DNA of 64,000 nucleotides from Batkoa obscura (Eukaryota): NCBI GenBank assembly GCA_030770535.1, contig JASVEC010000017.1, positions 310,001 to 374,000 of the forward strand, read 5' to 3'. Shown piece by piece: positions 50,950 to 62,644 of this stretch (position 1 is its first letter; each line of letters starts with the position of its first letter). The notes under the pieces were generated by a model. It saw only the letters and a program-made list of their open reading frames with translations, ran no database searches and was not told where the DNA came from. The position numbers and the translations under genes were made by a program.

Positions 50950-52008
50950 ATGTCTACCACTCAACAATGCGATAGAATCACTGGTTACGCAAGCCATGGG
51001 AAATCTGAGAAGCTAGTAAAATTTACGTATGATCCAGCTCCATTACAACCTAATGACATAGAAATCTCTATCACCCATTGTGGTATATGTGGCTCAGATA
51101 TCCATACTTTAGACAGCGGATGGGGACCAACGAACTACCCAGTAATTGTTGGTCATGAAATTGTAGGGACCATAGCAGCAATAGGTCCAGAAGTAAAGGA
51201 TTTTAGAGTAGGGGATAGGGTAGGGGTAGGAGCACAGTGTGCAGCATGTATGAAAGAAACTTGTAAAGCATGTAAAGTTAAAAGAGAGGCTCATTGCCCT
51301 AAGATTGCTGGAACTTACAACTCAAAGAGGTCTATTGATGGTTCCAAAACTTATGGTGGATATGCTGAAGCTGTAAGAGTTCAACAAGATTTTGTGTTTC
51401 ATATACCAGAGAGTATACCATCGGACAAAGCTGCCCCTTTGTTATGTGCTGGGACTACTGTATTTACACCAATGTTGCGACATGGGTTTAAAAAAGGCGA
51501 TAGAGTTGGAGTTATTGGAATTGGGGGATTAGGTCATTTAGCTATTCAATTCGCTAACAAATTAGGGTGTGAGGTGTATGCATTATCGCATTCTCATTCC
51601 AAAGAAGAAGATGCTAGAAAGATGGGAGCAGTACATTTTATTGCCTATAGTAACGAAGAGGAATCCAAGAAGATTAAAAACACATTAGATTTTCTTATAG
51701 TTACAAGTAATTCTAAAGATACTCAATGGAACCTATTTGCTAGTTGGATGGATTTTGATGGTAAAATTATTGTTTTAGCAGTACCAGAAGCGGACATTTC
51801 AATTAGTCCCTTTGCTTTAATTATGAGCAATGTGTCAGTCACTGGCTCATCTATCGGCTCCCCATGCGAAATTAAGAAAATGTTGGGGTTTGCAGCAGAA
51901 CATAAAGTCTATCCATGGATTGAAAGTTACCCTATGGATAAATGTAATGAAGGTATACAGTTAGTACGTGATGGTAAAGTTAGGTATAGAGTGGTGCTTG
52001 AGAATTGA
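50950..52008 (+). CDS. Zn-dependent alcohol dehydrogenase (CAD/ADH6-like), copy 8, tandem paralog of copy 7
   Basis: Intact motifs, 352 aa. Confidence 0.96.
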   Translation: MSTTQQCDRITGYASHGKSEKLVKFTYDPAPLQPNDIEISITHCGICGSDIHTLDSGWGPTNYPVIVGHEIVGTIAAIGPEVKDFRVGDRVGVGAQCAACMKETCKACKVKREAHCPKIAGTYNSKRSIDGSKTYGGYAEAVRVQQDFVFHIPESIPSDKAAPLLCAGTTVFTPMLRHGFKKGDRVGVIGIGGLGHLAIQFANKLGCEVYALSHSHSKEEDARKMGAVHFIAYSNEEESKKIKNTLDFLIVTSNSKDTQWNLFASWMDFDGKIIVLAVPEADISISPFALIMSNVSVTGSSIGSPCEIKKMLGFAAEHKVYPWIESYPMDKCNEGIQLVRDGKVRYRVVLEN

Positions 52009-53116
52009 GTTTTAAATAAAGTTTTATGATTGATTTATTTATTTTAAATGCTGCTTTAATTTTTTAATGTATAAATATACAATTATGGTTTAAAGATAAT
52101 CCAAATTATTAACATTGTATCCATCCACCTATTAGATGACATATAAACTCAAAGTAAGATAGTAATTTGAGTTCAAATGTTATATTGAATAATTATTTAG
52201 ATAATTCATACATACTATTAGATAACAAAAGCCTACTATCAAAGAATATTTATACTAATGTATTAAATTGATTTTGAATTGGCATTCATTTTATAAATCA
52301 TTATCACTTTTGATATATACCGCGTCACTTTTACTTTACCCATAATCATCTCCTACCTAGATGTTGATAAACATATCATTCAGACGTTTATACCTATTGA
52401 ACTTGAAAGTATATTATTTTAAACCTTCAAAGAGCCAGAGGCTCCCAAGTGAGGTTTGTATTTATTCTAACAGCTTATTTACAGTATTAGTGTATTTCGC
52501 CTAGACCTTTTTAAATCCTGAGTTGCAGTAATTTATAGAAGGGGTAAAAAAATTCATAATGGCTTGCATTATATTTTTAAGTAAAGAATAATGATTTTTT
52601 TATATTATTTAAAAATAAATACCATTTATTTAAATTTAGATATTAAGTTGAGTTTAAAACGTAACTTAAAGTAGAGTATTTAGGAAGGACTAAAGTTGGA
52701 ATTAATTATTAAGTATTAAAAATAAGATTTTGTCATTGATTTGTTTTATTTTTTATGGTATACTCGTCCCAAAAAACAAAAGCAAAATGAGACGTGTCAG
52801 ACTCGAATGTACATTTTTCAAAGATCCAACACTATTAACTCGGTTAATTTCAGGCTTAATAGTACTGTTTTTTCTTTTTTTTGTTTAATCAAGAACACTT
52901 TAAAGCATTTAATAAAATACAATATTCTTAAAAGAGGTACATGTTTACTTAATAAAGTTAACATGTTCTTAACGTATTTAAAGGGGATCTGGAACAAACA
53001 TTTATATGGATTAACGTAAGAATAACTCAAGTCGTAGCTATTACAGTAAATATAAAAAGAGTATTAAGAGAAAAAAGTGAACATTTCTTATTACTTCTCA
53101 ATTTAATTAAATAATA

Positions 53117-53713
53117 ATGGGTTTTACTTTCCTTAAAGCTGAACGGGATGGCAATACTATCAGATTAAAATATCCAAAGCGAGTAATAATTATCTCACTT
53201 ATAGCTGCCGCTATTTTCGCAACCGTAATAGGGATTGTATTTGGCGTAGTGATCCCACAGCAGCATGAGAAAACACTTGAAAATTTCAGAAGAAAAAATG
53301 AAGCTAGTAAAGAATCGCGTGAGGAATATGAAAGTAAAGTAGCTAAAATGAATAGAGACAGGGAAGAAGCATGGAGAAAGGGGGACGAGGAGTTTGAAGC
53401 AAGAAAAGCTCAAATGGAGAATGATAATAAGCGAAGATTTGAGCAAGAGTTAAATAGGGTCAAAGATAGTCTCCCATTTGGTTTTGATAACATTCCTTCA
53501 AAACCCGATAATCCTAAATCAACCCCAATTGCCAATCCAGAACCCAAGAAAGAAGAACCTAAAAGAGAAACCCCAGTAATGAATATTGAAAATAGCTTTA
53601 AATGCGACTTTGATTGTTCAAGTGCACAAAGCAGATGTAAATTTGACTGTTTCCCAAATGATTGTAATGATCAATGCACTAAAGTTTATCAAGAATGTAA
53701 GTCCAAATGTTAA
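53117..53713 (+). CDS. Unknown single-pass membrane protein with coiled-coil stalk and C-terminal 8-Cys domain
   Basis: 198-aa intronless ORF; TATAAAA at about 53051; TM at about aa 23-45; E/R/K helix; Pro-rich linker; regular Cys spacing. Confidence 0.82.
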   Translation: MGFTFLKAERDGNTIRLKYPKRVIIISLIAAAIFATVIGIVFGVVIPQQHEKTLENFRRKNEASKESREEYESKVAKMNRDREEAWRKGDEEFEARKAQMENDNKRRFEQELNRVKDSLPFGFDNIPSKPDNPKSTPIANPEPKKEEPKRETPVMNIENSFKCDFDCSSAQSRCKFDCFPNDCNDQCTKVYQECKSKC

Positions 53714-55315
53714 TAATAAACAAATAAATAATTGAGCGGGTTTTATACTTTTTATACTTGCTCTTAATATTCCTATTCACTTTAAGTCATTATTATATAC
53801 TTTTTATTTCAAAAAAAGAACTTTATTTAAAAACTACATGTCTATTATAATGCTGGTTAAATTAGCAAGAATCTTTTAAACATACTTAATCAGTATTTTA
53901 GTAACACTTTATCAATACAAAATATTAATAAAAATAAAAGTTCATTCATACTATCCTATATCAAAGAGTGTATTGATCAATTTTAAATAACTGAATGAGT
54001 TTTTAAAACAGATTTTACTCTGTATCTACCAAAGTCACTTGTTTTAGTAGTATATAATCTAAGAGAGTCAACCTTGCTTTTTTATTGTAAAATGATACGA
54101 TTTCAAACATTAACTTTCTAGTAATTTGGAGTTGGTTTTTATTTTATTTTAATGTTGTGAATATTATAGTTTTATTTACTAAAAAGTACAAGTATGGAAG
54201 GTTTGGTGAGAAATTAAAGAAAACAAGATGCTTTAGACAAATTTTTATATATTGAATATAGTATAAGTTAAGGTTGATAAAAAGATTATTTAAAAATAGT
54301 TTTTAAATTCAAATGAGTAGAATTCAATTCAATTCAATAATAAAAAATTTATATATTAATTTTTTATGAGTAAAAAAAGCACAACTTAGAATTTAATTTA
54401 AAATAGCTAAAAGTTCATATTTACATTCAATATTTTTTATTTTTTATAAATATTCATATACAATTATTAGCTTAAAATAAACAGACTTTATTTTTTGAAA
54501 TTATTATTTAATTGCTTATATTATCTTGAAATTAATAAGAAACAAATAGAAATATTATTGTTTTGAATTTAAGTAATAATTTTATTGAAACTTTTGAACA
54601 CTATACTTGATTAGTTTTAGTTTTTTAATTTCAATTAAAGTATAAGTTAATTAAAATAAAAATTACTTTTGAACTTATTTTTATATATAAAAAGTTGAGA
54701 CCTAAGGGGTTAATATTTTAACCAATAAAATAGCTCTAAATTAATCCAAAGATTCAATTGGTCTTGTTTTTAATGACTTCAGATTGATTATTGCTTTTAT
54801 AAAAGAAAAAAAAAGAAAAAAATTATTTTAATTAATATTAAATAACTATTCTATTTGAATTTAAAAATTCATTAAAAAATTATTAATAATTAATTTTGAA
54901 CTATTATTTATTATCTTTTAAAATAAATAAAAATAAATACAAAAATATTCCTTGATTTTGTACTAAAAGTCATATTAATAATTAATCATTTTTTATTTAA
55001 TATTCTATCTAAAATCATCAATAATTTAATTTACACAAACTAAGAAACATTGAATTATTTAAATAACTAACAAAAAAAAGATTTTATTTTACTAAGAAAT
55101 AGTTTATTCTTATTTCGTGTTATTCAATTATTGAAGATAATAATTTCAAAATTTTGTAATTTATTTTAAGCACTTTTTAATAGCCAAAATAAGTCATTTA
55201 CACTGTATTAAAAAAAATAAGTGATTTGCAGAAACCTCAAAGTTAAGAATTAAATAAACCTAATTCAGAAGTTAATACAAAGTTATAGGTTCAATTGAAG
55301 TTATTAATAGTTTTT

Positions 55316-55340
55316 AGATAGATAGATAGATAGATAGATA
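55316..55340. repeat. (GATA)6 microsatellite
   Basis: Directly visible. Confidence 0.9.
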
Positions 55341-55870
55341 CTGAATTAATAATTTTAAATACACTTAAATTTTTGTTAGCTTTCTAATTTTTACCTTTCT
55401 TTAGTTAATATTCTATAAAACTAAGATTTATTAATTGAATTTGTTTTAGTCAATATTAATATAATAATTATTTTTATTTTTATTTCACCGCATTGACTAT
55501 GATTAATGCTTGATATTAAGTTGTACAAGTTCAATGGTTGGGAGGTGAAGTTTTTAATAGTGTAAACAATTTCAACCCAAAACCCCTAAAATTTAATAAG
55601 GTGAAGGTCTAATATTCAAACTGGATTAATAACCAATTGGAGATGAGATATTGAAGTAAGGACCAATGAGATCCAAGATCCTATTTAATTTAGTATTGAT
55701 ATTAACAATTTACACAATCTTGATGATGAAGCTTTATTCTTTTATTCAATATTGAATTTTAGTTAAAAAAACAAAAATAAGAAATTCAAGTATATATAAC
55801 TATATAAACTCATCATCAATCTACTAACATTGTTTATATATTTAGTCTTCAATAAAATCAAATTAAAAAA

Positions 55871-57434
55871 ATGAAATTTGGTGAAAAATTATTAAATTCG
55901 TTATATGAACCATGGCGATTTTATTATATGGATTACAATGGTTTAAAAAGTTTATTAAAAACTTCAGAAAATGGAGAAAGTGTTGAGTTATCTGAATCTG
56001 AAGAACAAGCTTTTGTAGAGTTATTGGATAAAGAATTAGACAAAGTAAGTTTTCTTTATTTTATTTTTATTTTTATTTTATTATAATGAAAATATTAATA
56101 ATTGATTTTATTTTTAGGTAGAATCTTTTCACAAGATCAAAACAGGTGAAATAAGTCGTCATGTTGAATTTTTACGTAAAGTAGTGGATGATATGGCGGA
56201 GGTGAAAGATACTAGTGATGAAAGTTATTTAGAAGCAGAACAAGAGATTAATCAAATTATTACTGAAGTTAATGAATTAGCTAAATTTACACGATTAAAT
56301 TATTCTGGGTTTTTAAAAATTGTTAAAAAACATGATAAATATACCAGCTATAATTTAAAATCATTATTTTCAGTACGTATAAGTAAAAGAGATTTTTATA
56401 AACAAAATTATGACCGTTTATTAGTTCAATTATCTGCTCTTTATACCATTGTTAGAAATCGAGGTAAAGCTAGTAATGAAGTTTGGACTGCTGGTGGTAC
56501 TCGAGATTTTGTTCGTAAAACCACAAAATATTGGGTTCATCCCGATAATGTATTAGAACTTAAATTATATATCTTAAAACATTTACCAGTATTAGTTTAT
56601 AATGCATCTAGTGATACAGATTTAGCGGATCCAGCTATTACATCCATTTATTTTGATAACGAATCCTTTGATCTTTATCTTGGTCGATTAGAAAAACATG
56701 AAGGGGCAGAAGCTATTCGATTACGTTGGTATGGACCTACTACCAACCAAGAAATTTTTGTTGAAAGAAAAACACATCATGAAGATTGGACTGGTGAAAA
56801 ATCGGTTAAACAAAGATTCCCAATTAAAGAAAAAAATGTAAATGCATATTTAAAAGGGGAATTTACAGTAGATAAAATGATAGATAAAATGAAACAAAGG
56901 AAAAATAAAAGTGATAAAGAAATTGAAGCATTTAAAAAGTTAGCTACTGAAGTTCAAGATCGAGTTTTGGAAAAAAAATTATCTCCTGCTATTCGTTCTT
57001 TTTATAATCGTACTGCTTTCCAATTACCAGGTGATGCTTGTGTACGTATTTCTTTAGATACAGAATTATCTTTAATTCGAGAAGATAACTTTGATAGTAA
57101 AATACGTAGTGGTAATAATTGGCGTCGAATGGATATTGGTACTGATTTCCCATTTTCACAATTAGATGAAAGTGATATTTGTCGATTCCCATATGCTATA
57201 TTAGAAGTTAAATTACAAACTCAATTTGGTGCAGAACCACCAGAATGGGTTCAAAATTTAATTGATTCTCATTTAGTTGAAGCTGTGCCTAAATTTTCAA
57301 AATATATTCATGGAGTAGCTACTTTATGTGAAAATAAAGTTCAACTCTTACCCTTTTGGTTACCCCAGATGGATATTGATATTCGTAAAGAACCGACTAG
57401 TGATTGGATTCAATTTCAAGAACAAATGCATTTA

Positions 57435-57482
<48 letters not shown>

Positions 57483-57489
57483 CGATATG

Positions 57490-57533
<44 letters not shown>

Positions 57534-58068
57534 CAAATATTAGAAGAAGAAATTAATAATAATCAAACAGTACCAGGACTTAAAAATATGGTGCAAAGAA
57601 TTAATGAAGCTAATGATACCAATAATAACAATAATAATAATAAAAGTAAAAAAATACAATTACCAGTAAGAATAGAACCTAAAGTATTTTTTGCTAATGA
57701 ACGTACTTTTTTATCATGGCTAAATTTTGGTGTTATTTTATCTTCATTAGCAATTGGATTATTTAATTTTGGAGATAAAATAGCACAATTAGCTGGTACT
57801 ATTTTTACTCTTATTGCTATGGCTGTGATGATTTATGCAGTATTGATTTTTATTTGGAGAAGTAAAAGAATTCGTCAAAGTAGACAAGGACCTTTTGGTA
57901 ATATTTTTAATTTGTATAAAAGTTTTAAGTGATTAATTTGTTTTTTTAATATTAGATGATCCTATTGGTCCATTGATTTTAGTCGTTAGTTTATTTGCAG
58001 CTATTGCTGTCAATTTTTATCTTAAAATTCAAGCTAAAAATGGTAATTTACCACCTATCTTTTATTAA
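55871..58068 (+). CDS. VTC4: Vacuolar transporter chaperone 4 (polyphosphate polymerase; SPX, VTC and DUF202 domains)
   Basis: MKFG...YMDYNGLK, NYSGFLKIVKKHDK, FVRKTTKYWVH, AIRLRWYG, FVERKTH, EVKLQT, VPKFSK, FFANERTFLSW; introns 56045-56118 and 57898-57955. Confidence 0.95.
57435..57532 (+). repeat. Coding (AAT)n microsatellite (poly-Asn), interrupted once
   Basis: Two long AAT runs separated by CGA TAT GAT. Confidence 0.95.
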
Positions 58069-58225
58069 ATAGTTGAGAATTATAGGATTATTTGTTTTAT
58101 TATCTTCTCATTATAATATACAAACTTTATTCAATTACTTATTATCAATTTGTTTGAATTAATGATGAATTATTATAATAATAAAATTGTATTTTTTTTA
58201 TAATTATAAATTAAGTGGATGATAT

Positions 58226-58297
58226 ATTTTATTTATTGATTTATTTATTGATTTATTTATTGATTTATTTATTGATTTATTTATTTGCTTATTTATT
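58226..58297. repeat. (TTTATTTATTGA)n tandem repeat
   Basis: About 4 clean 12-bp units plus degenerate ones. Confidence 0.8.
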
Positions 58298-58760
58298 TCT
58301 ATTGAAACTTTGAATTATTAAAAATAATCAAATTTTAAAATTAAGGATTAAACATAATATTTTTAGGTTTTTAAAAGATTATAATATATTTATTTTTAAT
58401 TATTATTTAATAATTAATAATAAATTTTATTCGAATTGTATAATGATTAAATAATACTTTAATTAACTAATAATCATGAAATAATAACAATAATACCATT
58501 TTAAAATTTTTTTTAATAAGAACCTAAAAGTAATCAAATTTTTATATTTATTTTGAATATTTAATAAAAGAATCTAAAAATAGTTTAATAAATTTTCTAT
58601 TTTATAAATGGAACAATTCATTTGAAATAAAACTAACATATTGAGAAATTCATTGATATAATTGGACGATAAAAATAAATTTGCTCAGGGTAATTTAGTT
58701 ATTAAAATTCTACCAATTTTTTCAAAAGATTTCATTTTTTATTTAAAAAAAAATAATATA

Positions 58761-59717
58761 ATGAACATAATTAAAAAACCCATCTATTATTTTATACTTG
58801 TAATAATTTTATTAAATTTTATTAATTGTAAGTTATAATTTATCATTTACTATGTCATTAATTGATTTTTTGAATTTAGCTAACCTTATCAATAACACAA
58901 ATCAATTACAACGACGACAGAATCAAGATGAAGGTAAAAAAGAAGGTGATGTAGGTAAAGGAGAACAAAAGAAACAAGAAGAACAAAAGAAACAAGAACA
59001 AAAAAAAGGAAATCAACAAGATCTTGATAAAAAACAAGAAAATGATAAAGATATTCAACAAAAAGAAGGAAATCAAAAAGAAGGAAATCAAAAAGATAAA
59101 GGAAATCAAAAAGATAAAGAAGATGATACAGATAATAAATTAGATAACAATAATACAGGCGATAAAAATGGTACACGAAGTATTCAAATATTAGAACCAA
59201 TTATGGGTTCTTTACAAGCTTGTAATATCCCTATTGGTGGGGAACAACCATTTCGATGGAAGCTACCAAGTAATACATTAAAAACCAATAAAGTAATTAT
59301 TGAAGCTGTATTAAATACTAATGGATTTATTGTTTCTTTTCCAATAACTAATAAAAATTTGAGCTTATCAGAAACTAAATTTAATTGGATTGTAGAAGAA
59401 CATTTAATGAGTCGAGATAATAGTACTACATTGAAGCCAGATGATAATTATAGGATTTATATTCGGGACCCGGAAAATGATTTATTACAACCTAAAAGTA
59501 ATCGATTATTACCTGCTATTGTCAGATGTAGTTTGTTTATTCCTATGGATGGTAAATACTTTTTTGTTATTGTTTGAATTGATGAGTTATTAATATAATT
59601 TGTTTGTTTTTTTTAGTTTCAGGAAAATATGTAGCATCGAATAATTTAATTAATATTAATAATGATGCTTTATTGATTTTTATGTTGACTTTTAGTTTAT
59701 GGATATCAATAAATTAA
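58761..59717 (+). CDS. Secreted, probably GPI-anchored protein with Q/K/E-rich repeats
   Basis: Upstream exon 58761-58827 encodes a signal peptide (MNIIKKPIYYFILVIILLNFIN) and joins in frame via intron 58828-58879; LQRR site; intron 59552-59616 leads to a hydrophobic tail. Confidence 0.75.
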
Positions 59718-61258
59718 TTCAATTAAGTAAATATTTTATTTTTATTTTATTAAAGTGAATTAAATAAAATAATATTATATTAAATAAATCAAGGTTTGAT
59801 AATTAATTAATTATAAAAATTACGAAATAAATTTCAAATAAATTACTAATATTTCATATTGATTTCAAGTAAGTTTTAAAAAGTTGAAATAATTAATATT
59901 TATTTAACTCATTTAATGAAGCTTTTATTTTAACTACTTATTTACTCTTACTAAATTAATTTATCTCTTTCTACAGATGTAAAATATTTTCCAAAATGTT
60001 ATTATAATTTAAAATAAAAATAAAAATAAGAATAAAGTTTGAATGCTTATTATTATTAACTTAGTTAACTTAGTTAACTAAGAAGTATTCATAACTTATA
60101 GAAGCTTATCTATTACCTTCTAAAAATAAAGAACTGATTTTACTTAGCCTTATTGAGTTATAAATGCTAATTCATATAGCATAACTTTGAGATTCAATTT
60201 TAAAGTGTGTGACGCAAACCAAGAATATTTGAAAGATAAGAGAAAACAAAGAAATATCTATGAATTAGATAGATTGAATTATAACCACTTAATTTTGTAT
60301 TTTCCACTCATTTCTTTTTTTCTATTTTTTTTATAAAGTTAAAATTTTATTAACTTAACCAAACATTTATTTCAAAGCTAAAAATATGTTAAACAAATTA
60401 ACTGATTTTAAACTAAAAATCAAACCAATTAAAAGAAGAGTAATAATTAATATAAAATTGAAATATTACAAAAAAATAATGGACAAAATATTAACTTTTA
60501 ATTTTTAGTATTTTCCTCTCTACTCCTCTCGTGAAGTTTATAAAGTCATTTGATCCATTTTAATCTTTTCTCATAATAATAAAATACTTAAAAGTTCTCA
60601 ACTAATTCATAATTTTCTATATAAAAAATAAAAAATAATAAAATAATAAAATCTTAATATTTTCAGACTTATTTTCAGACTTATTTAAAGTTGTAGAAAT
60701 TTCAGTCCACTTTAAACATTTATGTCATATTATTTTATTAACCAATCAAATATCAATTTTCATTTGAACCTTAATAAAATGACTAAAACTCTTTTATGAC
60801 CTATTTAAGATTCATTTAGAAAATTTAAAGTTAAAAAGTAGTAAATAACATATATTAAACTTAAAAAATCAATTATACCAATAAAGTGATTCAAAAAGTT
60901 ATCACTAGAAAAGTCAAAAAGAGTTGTAATGAACGGTATTTTTTACTTTTTAAATTATCTAAGTTCAATTTAAGTACACTAAAAAAAGAATTAATTGTTT
61001 GAATAAAAATCATGGCATTAATTAGCATAAATTGATAAACCCGAATCAAGCATTCAAATGAAATTAGATAGAACCTCTCAATTATAAAGAGGAATAATAG
61101 AATCTTAAGCAAAAGAAAGTGAATTAATGCCATCATAATAGTTTTTAATTTTTTAATTTTTCTTTTTAAATTTAATTATTTCTTCATATTATTTTGTAAC
61201 TTTTTTATTCCTTTATTCCTTTATTATTTGTATATACAATCTTTAACAATTATAACAA

Positions 61259-62644
61259 ATGGATTTATTATATATTTTTAATGATTTATTAACTGGAATC
61301 AGTTTATTTTGTGCTGCTTTAGTATTAATCTTTATCTTATTAATAAGATTATATGATAAAGATTTAGTAAATCGAATTTCATTGAAAATCTGTGCAGCAA
61401 TATCAGTAGTAGATATCTTTCGAACGAGTTCTTTTTTCATTTATTTATATCATACATCGGATGATTTATTATGTAAATTGAATGCTATATTTTTAAATTA
61501 TATAATTATTAGTCATATGTTATTAACTTTTTCAATTGCTTTAAACCTTCAATTAGTATTCATTCATAATTTACGATATAAATCAAAATGGCAATATTAT
61601 TATTGGTTTTTAGGGTTTTTAGTTCCATTTATTATTACTTTTATTATGGTGATTATTGATGTTTTTGGTAAAGATGAAGTAGCTAATGCTTGTTTTTATA
61701 AAAATGTATATCCAGTTACAATCTATTCTGGTCTCACTTTATATGCTGGTTTTTTATTTTGGAATTTATTAGGTTGTTTGTATTGTTTTACTATTTCTCT
61801 ATTTATCATTTATCATTTAAAAAGAAAAACAAAACAATTAATTCAATTAAATCAACAACAAAATTCAAATCATTCTTCTGATTCTAATTTCTCCGCTCAT
61901 CAACAATCTAAATTAATTGTCAATCAATCGACTATTTCTTTATTAATAAGAAGAATGTAAGTATTTTATTCTTTTATTTGATTTATATTTTAAAATAAAA
62001 CTAATTTATTTTTAATAGTTGTATTTATTGTATGATACCTATGATAACTCAATCTGGTTGTATTGTTGGTTTAATCTATGAACAAATTCATGGGGAAATA
62101 CCTCATTCCTTTTTTGTATGGGATACTATAGCTACACGTAAATTTCAATTAATATATATTATAATTATATTAAAATATTAATTTTTAACTTTTAGATTTA
62201 TCAGGTATCTTAAATTTAATGGGTTTTTTATTTGATCCTGCATTTAAAAATTCCTTATTACATATACGTTATCAATTATATCAAAAATATAAAAATCAAA
62301 CATTAAATCAAAGTATCGAGAAAAGACAAAGTAATAATGCGTTTGAAATTATGGCATTGAAAGAATCTAAATGTAAAGAAAGAATTATTGATAAAATCTT
62401 TGTTTTTTTATTATTACGTGGGGATTTTAAAATTTGTCCAAATAATAGGAATTCAAATCATTCTCATAATCATAATAATCAAGTTCAACAAATTTTAAAT
62501 GATATAAGAAGAGATGTTCATATTAATAATAGTAATGAAGATATTAATGAAATTGAAGAGGAAAATAGTATTCAACCAATTAATTGTAATTTGGATAAAA
62601 CTAAAGAAAAAAGTCAGTATTTTAATTTAGTTAAGGGTTTATAA
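61259..62644 (+). CDS. G-protein-coupled receptor, cAMP-receptor-like/Git3-like
   Basis: Seven hydrophobic segments over three exons (introns about 61957-62018 and 62138-62195); NRISLK, IALNLQLVF, YYW, SGILNLMGFLFDP. Confidence 0.8.

Noticed and set aside
29192..52008. Bacterial horizontal origin or retroposition of the intronless ADH genes
   Set aside because: Motifs look like fungal ADH6/7-type enzymes, TATA promoters are present and upstream DNA is co-duplicated; a phylogeny is needed to exclude transfer fully
2778..62644. Antisense and alternate-frame ORFs overlapping real genes (e.g. 2778, 8114, 10368, 11300, 44793, 53195, 58889)
   Set aside because: Shadows of the sense codon bias
27308..62644. 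Functional signalling cluster of MADS factor, STE11 and GPCR
   Set aside because: Genes are 14-16 kb apart with unrelated genes between; no sequence evidence of co-regulation
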